A DNA stretch of 63,780 nucleotides, counting the filler, from Octopus bimaculoides (taxonomy: Eukaryota): assembly GCF_001194135.2 (NCBI RefSeq). It is 5 parts of 4 records of this genome, joined end to end, with 100 filler letters (N's around TTAATTAATTAA, not from the genome) between each part and the next. Parts side by side here need not be neighbours in the genome. Positions count along the whole stretch, not along the records: positions 37,872 to 61,114 come from NC_068983.1; 4 more parts are not named here. The stretch is one strand, 5' to 3'. Both the position numbers and the translations under genes were made by a program. Shown here piece after piece: positions 37,938-49,680 of this stretch. Position 1 is the first letter of the stretch, and the number at the start of each line of letters is the position of its first letter. The notes under the pieces were generated by a model, which was not told the DNA's origin, made no database searches, and saw only the letters and a list, made by a program, of their open reading frames with translations.

Positions 37938-38800
37938 GCAGAATGCAACTAGACGAGAGAAAATTTGAGCTGATGCATTTGGGGAAAAGTCTATATTAAA
38001 ACAGCCTTACTCTCTTCCTTCAGGAGAATCGCTCATATCATCTAATAAGATCAGAGACCTAGGTGTAATTGTTGATAACCATCTTAGTTGGAGTACCCAC
38101 ATCAACAATAGGTTTGATATAGCTCGTAGGATGAGCTCCTGGATCTTAAGAACCTTCCGGTCCAGAGAACAAGGTGTCATCATTCCACTTTTCTCCTCCT
38201 TTGTACGGCCACACTTCGAACATTGCTGCCTCTTGCGGTCTCCCTACACAAGACAAAGCATCATGAAAATTGTATCACCTCAGAGGGCACTCACTAAAGG
38301 AATTGAATGTATGACTGATCTCGATTACAGGGACCGCCTTAAAGACTTGAAACTCTACTCTCTCCAGCGCCGCCGCGAGCCGTACATCATTTGTACGATG
38401 TGGAGAATATACCGCCCACATTGCCCAAACGACCCGGACATTAGTTTCAAGGTTCATCCAAGGCTGGAACCACGGGCCATACGTCCCGTGCCCAATTCAG
38501 GTTCACAATATATAGGTACACTGCGACACAATTTCTTTTCCTCAACAGGCCCTGCCCTCTTTAACACTGTCCCAAACCTGATCAAAGAGGAAAAGGATCC
38601 AATCACCTTTAAACGAAGTCTGGACAGATTTCTTCAAGGAATACCAGACAAGCCACCCATACCTGGATACAACTCACTCAACAAGAACTCACTACTTGAA
38701 TGGACAATAAACAAAACTTGACTTAAAAAGGATTTAGATAATCCTATCAGGTGGTGGTAATAAGTTAGACATGGCCTGGACCAACCTTTAGCCGAAACAT
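37937..38800 (+). pseudogene. CR1-group LINE 3' fragment (end of RT plus C-terminal region and 3'UTR)
   Basis: KFELMHFGK, RDLGVIVDNHLSWSTHI, WILRTFRSR...VRPHFEHCC, YRDRLKDLKLYSLQRRRE, LFNTVP...FKRSLDRFL...PD.P; 38131-38721 is still open. Confidence 0.9.
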
Positions 38801-39219
38801 ATCTATGTTATATTTNNNNNNNNNNNNNNNNNNNNNNNNNNNNNNNNNNNNNNNNNNNNNNNNNNNNNNNNNNNNNNNNNNNNNNNNNNNNNNNNNNNNN
38901 NNNNNNNNNNNNNNNNNNNNNNNNNNNNNNNNNNNNNNNNNNNNNNNNNNNNNNNNNNNNNNNNNNNNNNNNNNNNNNNNNNNNNNNNNNNNNNNNNNNN
39001 NNNNNNNNNNNNNNNNNNNNNNNNNNNNNNNNNNNNNNNNNNNNNNNNNNNNNNNNNNNNNNNNNNNNNNNNNNNNNNNNNNNNNNNNNNNNNNNNNNNN
39101 NNNNNNNNNNNNNNNNNNNNNNNNNNNNNNNNNNNNNNNNNNNNNNNNNNNNNNNNNNNNNNNNNNNNNNNNNNNNNNNNNNNNNNNNNNNNNNNNNNNN
39201 NNNNNNNNNNNNNNNNNNN

Positions 39220-39258
<39 letters not shown>

Positions 39259-39310
39259 TTTATCCATACATACATGTACATACTTACATATATATGTATA
39301 TATATACATG

Positions 39311-39808
39311 CATATATGGGTACAGGACTTCACAAAACGTAAACAACATGAAATACAAAGACAAACTTTTCTATGTGAACAATTATAGAAAGAAATAGAA
39401 AACAAAACAAGTATCATAAGCAACGACCCTTCAGCAGTTGTCGGCTGTATATCTACTCCACATTTCGAGCAATTCACGACAGTGTGTGCCTTCGAGAAAA
39501 CAGTTGTTCCCGCGCACCAAAATAAATTTGGGATTTGCGGAGCGTCAAAGTGGGTAACAAAAACAGGACAGTGAAAACAAATAGTAAGGGCCGCTAGGCC
39601 AAACGAAGTAATGTGGCGAACCCTGGAGGAACAATATTTGACAGCAGAAAAGAAAGGAGAGGAGACAAACAAGAATGCTGTTCTTTATGTTACTTGTCTT
39701 GTTTTTCATTTGTTTCTTTTGTTGTTCGTATACAAATGTTTGTCTTTGCATTTCATGTTTTCGTATTTCATATTGATTACGTTTCGTGACGTCCTGTACC
39801 CATATATG
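39311..39808. mobile_element. ~500-bp non-coding element with ~115-130 bp terminal inverted repeats, inserted in (TA)n
   Basis: Left CATATATGGGTACAGGACTTCAC... and right ...GTGACGTCCTGTACCCATATATG; complementarity continues about 115 bp inward with indels. Confidence 0.75.
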
Positions 39809-39860
39809 TGTGTATATAAACATATACATGTATGTACATATATGTATCAATATATGCACG

Positions 39861-39936
<76 letters not shown>

Positions 39937-40479
39937 NNNNNNNNNNNNNNNNNNNNNNNNNNNNNNNNNNNNNNNNNNNNNNNNNNNNNNNNNNNNNNNN
40001 NNNNNNNNNNNNNNNNNNNNNNNNNNNNNNNNNNNNNNNNNNNNNNNNNNNNNNNNNNNNNNNNNNNNNNNNNNNNNNNNNNNNNNNNNNNNNNNNNNNN
40101 NNNNNNNNNNNNNNNNNNNNNNNNNNNNNNNNNNNNNNNNNNNNNNNNNNNNNNNNNNNNNNNNNNNNNNNNNNNNNNNNNNNNNNNNNNTCTATATTAT
40201 TATATGATTGAACGCTACCCATCTATTTCTAAGTAAGTTTATCTTAATAATTTTGATGCGACTCTTTTCCTTTCTCTAATTCTTTTTTCTCCCTTCACCG
40301 TTTTTTATCTTCCTTTACTTTTTCGTTGCTCACACGTGGTCATCGTGCATCTTTCTTTTCCCCGCGTGATCATCTTCCTTATCTTTCGGTCTGTGTCACA
40401 GGCAAGACGCATTCTTGTCTGTCTCCTCTCCTATCTTTTCTCCTGTCAAAGATTGTTTCACCAGCGTTCGCCACCTTAT

Positions 40480-40730
40480 CTTGTATGGATAAGCAGCCCT
40501 CAGTGTTTGTTTTCACTGTCCAGTGTTTGTTATCAACTTTGATCCTCCGCAAATCCCAAATTTTATTTTGGTACGCGGGAGCAAATGTTTTCTCGCTGGC
40601 GCATATTGTCATGAATTGCTCGAAATGTGGAGTAGATAAACAGCCGATGACTGATGAAGGGGCGTCCTTTATGTTAATTGTCTTGTTTTCCATTTGTTTC
40701 TTTCGTTGTTCGCATACAAAAGTTGCTCCT
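40480..40730. mobile_element. Related copy of the 39311-39808 element, opposite orientation
   Basis: CCGCAAATCCCAAATTTTATTTTGGTACGCGGGA...AATTGCTCGAAATGTGGAGTAGAT is the reverse complement of ~39350-39590. Confidence 0.75.
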
Positions 40731-40926
40731 GCTGTGGCTTCAATTGACACTGCAACAACGCATTATGCAGATGCAAGAACCGTGGATTTCAAATTTGTGC
40801 TGCTTCTAGTCCTCACATAACTTGAACATCTTCTGTACAACATCAAGAGCTCGTCTAAATGTAAGTTTCTACAATGACGTAAGTTCATCATCTTTTATGA
40901 AGCAACTATCAGCAACAAAACAATTA

Positions 40927-41770
40927 CACTGAGCAACAAATTCTAACTTTTTTTCTGTTGACTTAATTTTGAGACCCGTTTTGGGGTAATTTGCGGTCGC
41001 TGAATTTTAAAATGGCAATAGTTTTTTGGGGTCATTTCTATCACGTTGAGCTTTATTTATGGGCTAATCCATATTGTCCCCACTCGTTGCTCCATGTTTT
41101 AGAAACTTCTCGGTGTATCTTTCGTAGGGTACATTAGCAGTAAGAGTCTCAATGTCAGTTAGGCGTTCAGCGAGTGAGGTTGTGACGCTCTATTGGCCTA
41201 ATATTTGTACCTGTGTAAAACTGTGCTTCCTAACAACTGCAGGCTCGTGTGCTCGGTCGTCTTAATCTGCATTGTTAATCTCTTCTTACTATCAACAAAT
41301 GTACAAAAGATATCATTTTGATGAATATGCTGCTAATCTCTGAGAAGTGAGCGATGAGCATGGTGAGCGTTTTTATCAAGCAATCAAGTTTATAGAGGAG
41401 ATATATCAAGGCCGACGGGACTTTTGGAGTATCCAAAGAGATTGTGTAGATATGAAACACTCCAGACACTCACGCAAGTGAAAATTTGTTCCGTGAATAT
41501 GTATGATGGTTTATGTTTTATCCATCATATCTGAGAATTAATTTAGTATTTAGTTGTATTTAGTAAAATTTAGTAAAATGTGATGCTATCTAACATTTCA
41601 TTTATGATTTCGTATTCTATTCACATTATAGCTTATGGTTTGAAGCTATAAGATTTAGTAAACTATTCTGATCAAGTAAATTATATAGAGAGTACATCAT
41701 AAAATAGAGATATGATTTAGAATGAAAACTTGATGGGTTAGAAAAATAATTGATGTAATATCTGAAATAA
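40927..41770 (+). mobile_element. Internally deleted Chapaev3-like (CMC superfamily) DNA transposon
   Basis: Terminus TTA|CACTGAGCAACAAA; transposase C-terminal remnant ANL*EVSDEHGERFYQAI...YQGR...FWSIQRD (41344-41481). The family name is from recall of the SDEHGERFHQ motif; the 3' terminus is not seen. Confidence 0.55.
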
Positions 41771-41771
41771 G

Positions 41772-41825
41772 CAAGGCGGTGAGCTGGCAGAAACGTTAGT
41801 ACGTAGGGCGAAATGCTTAGCAGCA
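41772..41825 (+). mobile_element. SINE family B, head only
   Basis: AAGGCGGTGAGCTGGCAGAAACGTTAGTACGTAGGGCGAAATGCTTAGC. Confidence 0.75.
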
Positions 41826-43565
41826 TCGATAATCAGTTATTGAAACTGGAATGACAGCAATACCAAAAACCTTATAAAAAAAAGCATCATGATGCAATGC
41901 AAGGTAGATAACTGTATTCATGGTAGACAACTCTACTCATGGTAGACAACTCGACACATAAAAATTGAGCTGACAAGGTACATAACTCTTAATTAATTTA
42001 ATACATATTTATTCAAGTGGGGATAAATATTATCTCTTAATGGATTTGCATTTGTTTTGTGTTAAAAATTGCAATTTTTAATGCGATATAATCTGCATCT
42101 GTTCAAATAAAAAAAGAAACACATATTAGTTTCTAAATATACAAACAATTGACTTGGACATGCTAATAAATATAAACGATATCAGTTATTTTATATCATT
42201 TCTGTTTTTAAACATTTCTCTCTCTCTTCCATATTTTTCTTTTTTTTTTTCTTTGTTTTGTTTTTTGTTTTTTGTTTTTTGCTGTTTTTTTTTGCACTGG
42301 TAACTTGTTGCTGAATTTGCCACTATCAATTGAATCGCTCTCCGATATATTATTGATGCTCATTTTTATCGACTCTCGGAGCTCGAAAAATATTTTGACA
42401 CCAGCGAGGTTTGAAATGAAAGCATATAGATGTAACTAAAGTTTGCAAAGTAATTTACACACTGCTGCACCCATATGACGACAGCTGCTACAACAACAAT
42501 AACAATCGTTAATAACATTGGGTACAAGTTGCATTGAGTTGTCCTTAAGCCTTGAAAGTAAACGGTTGAACCAATGCGGAAGAATATTCATTAGAATGGA
42601 GAGAGTCTGAACTAAATACCACAATTGTTTTGCCATCCATAAATCAGTTTATTATATGGAGAAGAATTAACAGTGTAGTGGGCTAAATATTTAGTTACCT
42701 CATAAGAAAAAAATGTACATCACTGTTTTTCTTCTTTATTTCTTAGTTTTTTCATATACATATNNNNNNNNNNNNNNNNNNNNNNNNNNNNNNNNNNNNN
42801 NNNNNNNNNNNNNNNNNNNNNNNNNNNNNNNNNNNNNNNNNNNNNNNNNNNNNNNNNNNNNNNNNNNNNNNNNNNNNNNNNNNNNNNNNNNNNTATATAT
42901 ATATGTATGTATGATTATTTATCTATGTATCTATCTATCTATTTAATTACTTATTTATCGACTTATTTATCTATTTATTTACTCACTTAATAATGTATTA
43001 TTTAGTTATCTATTTATCGATTTTTTAAAAACCTTTCCTTTCATCTTTCGAGGGATCGGTAAACTTAAAACAAGAATAGCACTGGCACCGGTATTGATTT
43101 AAATGAATGTTACTGCCAGGAAATGGATGATTTTGTGCCTATGTTGCAAACCATGTGTGCCTATGTTACAAACTATTTGCATAATTTATTCCAGCACTTT
43201 AATTTCTGAGTTCAAATCCCGCCATCATCAAATTTTCCTGTCACCGTCTCAGAGAAGATACACTCATTCACCAATGCTGGTATTAAGGTAATCGACTAGG
43301 CATAACATTTCAAAATTGCAGGTCTCATGCCTAAATAATAAAACCGCATTTGCTATTTGTGAGGAACGATAACAAGTACAACTGCTACAACATCAGACCT
43401 AATATCATGTGGTATCTAATTATGTTCCTCGATAGTCTTAGATCAAATAAGACCGGGGGTGCCTTTGTCTCCCAGACTTCGCTAACCAAGAACTAGAATC
43501 GGTTTGTCTATAACCCATTCATCTGATGTATGGACATCTGGCAGATAATCTCCCGGGTTATACAT

Positions 43566-43783
43566 TATTCTTTTCTACTCTAGACACAAGGCCCGAAATT
43601 TTGGGGGAAGGGGGTCAGTCGATAAGATCGACCTAGTATGCAACAGATACTTAATTTATCGACTGCGAAAGGATGAAAAGCAAAGTCGACCTCGGCGGAA
43701 TTTGAAATCAGAACGTAAAGACAGACGAAATACCGCAAAGCATTTCGCCTGGCGCGCTAAGGTTTCTGGCAGCTCGCCGCCTT
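43566..43783 (-). mobile_element. SINE family B copy, full length
   Basis: Reverse complement runs from AAGGCGGCGAGCTGCCAGAAAC to CTTGTGTCTAGAGTAGAAAAGAAT. Confidence 0.85.
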
Positions 43784-44653
43784 CCTGATTATATAATAAT
43801 ATAGCAGATTGTTTTTCTGCATTTAGGTGAGGCATGAGAGCGTCAGACAAAATGCTTTCCAGTATGTGCGTCCTAACTAGAGACCACACCCAGGTCAACG
43901 TTCACTTTCATCTAGAGGGGACAATAATGCAGCAGTCAGGTACTGAGTTCGATTCAGTTGATCTTTCCTCTGAATTTCAGACTTGTGGTTTTATAAACAA
44001 GTATTGCTATTACCAAGTCTTAGTTCCTGTCCGATCAGATTACAGCGTTGGATAGTCCACTTCCTAAGGAAGAATCATATCTCTCTGGTTAGGTGACCTG
44101 TCTGCTACCAACGCCCTAAGACAGACGTGCTTTACATGCAATGCTTGTTGATACGTAGACAAACGCAGACACCTCACTATCTATAGAAATTCTGTGAGTG
44201 ATCTACAATAGTAGGATACACCTTTTCGTAATTTCCCTCTGTCGTCGAATAGTAGTCGTTAGGTCACTTCATGCTATCCAGCTTGCAAAACAGTCAGGGG
44301 AAATTCAGTATTAGTAATATATATATAGTGGTGAAAAGAGAGTACCAACATGTACATGTATGTGTTTTAGAGTCTCACAATGTAAATATGTGCGTAATAT
44401 CCCATTTTCTTTCGTGTGTGTGCGAGCGTGTTTATGTACGTGTGTATGTTTATGTATATGTGAATGTACCTTCCATTCTATACATGTGCTTGTGTATGGA
44501 CGTGTGTGCGCGCGTGCGCGCGCGCGTGTGTGTGTGTGTGTTGGCGTTTGTATATGTCAATGTTTGTAATCAAACACTCCTTGTTAAAGCAAAAAATAAA
44601 CTTTAAATTATTAGTTTGAAAACTGCTTCCAAGCTGTGCGTGTGTGTGTGTGC

Positions 44654-44800
44654 TGAGGCGCAGTGGCTTAGTGGTTAGGGCAGCAGATTCTCGGTCGTAG
44701 GATTTCCGGACCGGCCGTTGTGAGTGTCTATTGCGCGAAAACACCTAATGCTCTACTAGGCTCTGGCAGGATGTGGTGGCAAACCCTGCTGTATTCTTTC
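44654..44800 (+). mobile_element. tRNA(Arg)-like SINE, 5' part
   Basis: GGCGCAGTGGCTTAGTGGTTAGGGCAGC...CCGTTGTGAGTGTCTATTGCGCGAAAACACCTAA; same family as 61340-61730. Confidence 0.7.
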
Positions 44801-44896
44801 ACGCACTGGGGTCGACATAATTGACTTAATCACCTCCCCCATACACAAGCTACCCTTGCAGCAAAAATTTGAAACTATTTATTTTATATCCCATTG

Positions 44897-45092
44897 GGGT
44901 GGTGAACTGCCAGAATCGTTAGCACGCCCCGGGCAAAATGTTTAGCGGCATTTCGTCCGTCCTTACGTTCTAGGTTCAAATTCTGCTGAGGTCGACTGGG
45001 TTGATGAAAAATGTACCAGTCAAGTATTGTGGTGAATGTAATCGACAAACCCCCGCCCCACTAATTTCAGGCCTTGTGTCTATAGTAGAGAA
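44897..45092 (+). mobile_element. SINE family B copy
   Basis: GGTGGTGAACTGCCAGAATCGTTAGCACGCC...GGCCTTGTGTCTATAGTAGAGAAT. Confidence 0.8.
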
Positions 45093-45159
45093 TAAAATAT
45101 TATTTTATATTCTATTGTATATCATCATCACATTGTCTGCATCTGAAGTAAGGGGGATA

Positions 45160-45305
45160 CCTTACACTGTGGTTGCATAATAAGTATTTATGCAGCACAA
45201 TGTCACACAGAATCATCTGCAACTAACTACGAAAATTAGCGAGAAATGTACTGGTTACTGATAAGCTAGTAATTATGGATGACTTCAACCCGAAGGTTGG
45301 TTCTC
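45160..45305 (+). pseudogene. LINE APE endonuclease remnant
   Basis: CIISIYAAQ and KLVIMDDFNPKVG resemble the IISVYAP and IVMGDFNAKVG APE motifs. Confidence 0.5.
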
Positions 45306-45317
45306 AATTCATAACAC

Positions 45318-45491
45318 GGGAGTTAGTCAATTTCATCGACCACAGTGCTTCACTGGTACTTCATTTATTGATACCAGAAGGATGAAAGGCAATGTCGACC
45401 TCTGCAGAATTTGAACTCAGAACGTAGCGGCAGACGAAATACTGCTAAGTATTTAGCCCACACGCTAACGATTCTGCCACCACGTTACCTT
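45318..45491 (-). mobile_element. SINE family B copy
   Basis: Reverse complement of the head and GAGTTCAAATTCTGCAGAGGTCGAC. Confidence 0.75.
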
Positions 45492-45529
45492 CACAGCAAC
45501 AACAACAACAACAACAAAAAGAACAACAA

Positions 45530-46062
45530 GTGGCTCTCATGGCTTCTGATCTTAATTGATTGGAAGTGTTATCATGTACACTGTTTTGTCTTGGTATAAA
45601 AGATGGGCTACAACAAATATTCTGCTTAATACAACAGATTTGCTTGTCAGTTGTTTGACCTTAACCAGTTGAACATGTCCCTTGGTAGCTGGCGATATGT
45701 GCATCTCTGATCATGAGCAGAAGTAGTGGGGGAGCATCATAGCCATGTGTTGAGAGGAATTCTTTGGGGTTTGAATAATTCACCTTTGGAAACATGGGTG
45801 TTTTGCTCAACATCCTTAAACAAACCTTATTCAGGGACCTTTTGAGCGGGATGGGCTACTCGACCTGAAGAAGATTCTAACTGAGCCCCACCTGCGAGGT
45901 CATGCGCTGTTTATCTTGATATGAGATCACCATGTTGCGCACATATGGTTGTGATGTATGTGTCTGGTGTACCCTTATCAGACAGATAGTCATGATGGGT
46001 ATAATGGGCTTCGTATATTTTACCCCAGTGTCACTTTGATGGCATGCACTGCTCTCTCATTC
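45530..46062 (+). mobile_element. Non-coding family C element ending in (TAA)n
   Basis: Homologous to 46078-46378 and, as reverse complement, to 53062-53305; no tRNA head and no ORF; followed by AATAATAATAATAAT. Confidence 0.7.
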
Positions 46063-46077
46063 AATAATAATAATAAT

Positions 46078-46378
46078 GATATGCAGTACCAGACACTGGC
46101 TTTCATGGCTTCTGGTCTTAACTGATTAGAGATGTTATCATGTATATGTTTTGTCTTGGTATAAAAAAGATGGACTAGAGTAAAAATTCTGCTCAATACC
46201 ACAGATTTGCCTGTCAGTTGCGTGACCTTAGCCAGTGGTTGACGATATGTGCAACTCTGATCACGAGCAGGAGTAGTAGGGGAGCGTCATAGCCATGTGT
46301 TGAGAGGAATATTTTGGGGTTTGAATAATTCATCTTTGGAAACATGGGTGTTCGTTCAACATCCTTAAACAACCCTTA
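46078..46378 (+). mobile_element. Second tandem family C copy, 3'-incomplete
   Basis: Starts right after the TAA run; CATGGCTTCTG...ACCACAGATTTGC...GGAAACATGGGTGTT matches the first copy. Confidence 0.7.
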
Positions 46379-46936
46379 ATTATATACATATGTGCTCACA
46401 GAGATTGTAATCGCTCAAAATCATCGATCGAGAATCTCTTATATTCATGTTCCAGTTTCGACTATTTCCGTAGTCTCTTCAGTAGGGACTGCTCGTTCGG
46501 CTGATACCGCGCTTAATTCTCTATCAACATATATGTACTTACCATTAAACTTTTATGGATAATTTAGAGAATCGCTAATACGTAAACAAAAATAATTATA
46601 AACAGCCATGCGCAATGTGTTACCATAAATGGAAAATATGATTGTTACTAAATGCGACTAAAGATGTCAGTGCACCTTCATTGCTATAAATAAGAAATAA
46701 AATGCTCTAATACTATAAGAAAAGCACATAATTGTATACATATATGCTCATAGGGAATGTAATCGCCCAGAACGCTGACCTAGAATTCCTTATACTAAAA
46801 GTTCACTTTCAGCTATTTCAGTATCTTCGGCAGTAAAGACAACTCGTTCGGCTGATTCCGGGCTTGATTCTCTCTCAGCATACAAGGGGGTACCCAAAAG
46901 AAACCGGAATTTTGCAATATTATTCTATTCATTTAG

Positions 46937-47168
46937 AAGGCGGCAAGTTGGCAGAAACGTTAACACGCCGGGCGAAATGCTTAGCGGTATTTCGTCTGCC
47001 GCTATGTTCTGAGTTCAAATTCCGCCGAGGTCGACTTTGTCTTTCATTCTTTCGGAGTCGATTAAATAAGTACCAGTCACGCACTGGGGTCGATATAATC
47101 GACTTAATCCGTTTGACTGACCTTATTTGTCCCCTCTGTGTGTAGCCCCTTGTGGGCAGCAAAGAAAT
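46937..47168 (+). mobile_element. SINE family B variant with a LINE-like 3' tail
   Basis: Family B body up to ATCGACTT, then AATCCGTTTG...TAGCCCCTTGTGGGCAGCAAAGAAAT in place of the usual tail. Confidence 0.85.
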
Positions 47169-47169
47169 A

Positions 47170-47372
47170 AGAAACGTTAGCACGCAGGGCGAAATGCTTA
47201 GTGGTATTTCGTCTGCCGTTACGTTCTGAGTTCAGATACCGCCGAGGTCGACATCGCCTTTCATCCTTTCAGGGTCGATAAATTAAGTACCAGTCGCATA
47301 CTGGAGGTCAATATAATCGACTGGCCTCCTCCCCCAAAATTGTGGGCCTTGTGCCTAGAGTAGAAAAGAATA
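47170..47372 (+). mobile_element. SINE family B copy lacking the first ~15 nt
   Basis: Starts at AGAAACGTTAGCACG and ends with the standard tail GTGCCTAGAGTAGAAAAGAAT. Confidence 0.85.
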
Positions 47373-47390
47373 CTAGTTTATTCATTTAGA

Positions 47391-47603
47391 AGGAGGCGAC
47401 CTGGCAGAATCGTTATCCCGCCGAGCGAACTGCTCAGCGGTATTACATCTGTTGCTACGTTCTGAGTTCAAATTCTGCCGTGGTTGACTTTACTTTTCAT
47501 TCTTTCGGCGTCGATGAAATAAGTACCAGTTACGGACTGGGGTTAATATAATCGACTAGCCCCCTCCTCCAAATTTTCAAGATCTTGTGCCAAGAGTAGA
47601 AAT
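47391..47603 (+). mobile_element. SINE family B copy, third in the array
   Basis: AGGAGGCGACCTGGCAGAATCG...GTGCCAAGAGTAGAAAT. Confidence 0.85.
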
Positions 47604-49146
47604 AATTATCTTAGTCACTTAGTTTTACATGTTTACACTTTTACCGCCTTCAAAGTATTCTCTATTTGAAGCAGTGCATCAGTCCAGGCGAGTTGTACAC
47701 TGTTCGAAATAGTCCTGAAACTCTTTTGAAGTGATACATTTTAACGCTTCCGTCGTTATTATTATTTTTTTCCTGTAGCTCTTCCACATCTGCAAAACGT
47801 TTTCCTTGAAGGCCATTTTTTTCATTCAGGGGAACAAAAAATATCGCAGGATGCAAGATCGGGTGAATAGGGAGGGTAGGTAAACGCGGCCATGCCATTT
47901 TTGTTTAAAAGCTGTCTCATACTCAAGGTGGTGTGCACAAGTACTTTGTCGTGATGAAACCACCACTCTCCACTTTGTCACAGGTTGAGGTGTTTCCTTG
48001 TCACTGCGTCTCGCAAACGCTTCAGAACTGCCATGTAAAACGTGGTTAAAGTTTGACCATGAGGTACAAATTCTGTGTAGAGAATTCCTTTCGCTTCCAT
48101 GAAACAAATCATCATCGTCTCGACATTGGACTTCACTTGACACGCTTTTGCGGGGGCGTGGTGACAGCAGATGCTTCCATTGGCTTGATTGCTGCTTCGT
48201 TTCCGGGTCGTAGCCGTTGCACCAGCTTTCGTCACCAGTGATGACCATCGATAAAGTTCCGGATCAATTTCCAACTGTTCTTTCAGTTTACGACACGCAT
48301 TCAGTCGAAACTTTTTTTGATCTTCCGTGAGAAAGCGAGGCACACATTTTGCTGACACTCTTTTCATTCACAATTCCTTGCTCAAAATTCGTTGGCAGGA
48401 GCTCCAGAACACACCAGTCATATAAACAAGGTCATCAATTATTCGGCGGTCGTCCTCCAAGACCAGTTCATGAATTTTCGTGATTTTTTCATTCATTCGG
48501 GAGGTCGACGGTCGCCCTGAATGAGAATGGCCATCAAGCGACAAGTGACCATTCCCGAAGCTTAAAAATCACTCGTAAACTTGTGCTTTGCTCATGGCGA
48601 GCATGACAATTGTATTAGCCGCCGTTTTCTTCCAGCAGAAAACAGAATTTACTGAAACACGCTGTTCCTTCGCTAGATAAAAATAGCTAACTGAAGAGAT
48701 CAGCAGGACATCACAGTTACACCAATAAGCTCTCAGTATATATACAAATTGCTTCTCTTTATGTATACAAAGTTCACAATACTGATTCAAGATAAATTTA
48801 CCTTGGTATATTGTTTCATATCACTTAGGGCGCTGGATCTAAGTTCCAGGAATTGATCAGGCCTAACGTTAACAAGACAATAAGGTGTAGGAAAGATTGT
48901 AATAGTAAATGAAAAAGGCTTAAATGGAATATAAATGTACATATAAAAATATAATTTACCTACTCTTCATGAAATAATTTCATCGCTCGTGTCGTCTGGA
49001 TTTCAGCTCCATAGCCCTCTACATTATACTTTTCCGTATTGGGATTACTATTAGTCTGCTAGCCGAGGCAGTTAGAGGAGATTTCTGTGACAGCCACAGA
49101 ATTCGATGAATCCATTTGTCATACTAAAAAGTTATGTATGTATGTA

Positions 49147-49201
<55 letters not shown>

Positions 49202-49214
49202 AAGAAGAAAATGA

Positions 49215-49333
49215 AGAAATTGATATATAGACATAAGTTTATTCAATGATATTCAAATAAATATAATGTAATAGTATTATGTTATATTCATTTGAATATC
49301 TTTGAATAAACTGATGTCTATATGTCAATTTCT
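49215..49333. repeat. 119-bp AT-rich palindrome centred on 49274
   Basis: Counted pair by pair: 59 positions in register, with 3 mismatches and 3 G-T wobbles, no indels. Confidence 0.9.
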
Positions 49334-49472
49334 CAATTTCCTTCTTTATCTCATTCATGAATAATTTAAACACCCAATCTAATGTATTTAGTTTTTCACT
49401 GACCACTGGTAAAAATCGGAGAAAGATGCAAACATCCCTTAAAGGATTATAGGTCCTTGGCATAATTAAATT

Positions 49473-49514
<42 letters not shown>

Positions 49515-49680
49515 GAGGCGCAAGAGTGGGTGTATGGTAAGAAGCTTGCTTTCCAAATGCATGCTTCCGGATTCAGTCCCATTGTATGGCATCTTGGGCA
49601 AGTGTCTTCTACTATAGCTTCGGGCCGACCAAGACAGTGAGAGTGGGTTCAGTAGACGGAAACTGAAAGAAGCCCGTCGC
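49515..49680 (+). mobile_element. SINE family A, 5' half, running into microsatellite and gap
   Basis: GGCGCAAGAGTGGGTGTATGGTAAGAAGCTTGC...GACGGAAACTGAAAGAAGCCCGTCG. Confidence 0.8.

Larger units (their letters stand above)
46881..48800 (-). pseudogene. Mariner (irritans/Himar-like) transposon interrupted by three SINEs
   Basis: EQRVSV, GRPSTS, MKRVSAKCVPRFL, VITGDESW..YDPETKQQSSQW, YPPYSPDLASCD, EYFEG; TIR TA-CAAGGGGGTACCCAAAAGAAACCGGAATTTT at 46881. The other TIR was not found. Confidence 0.85.
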
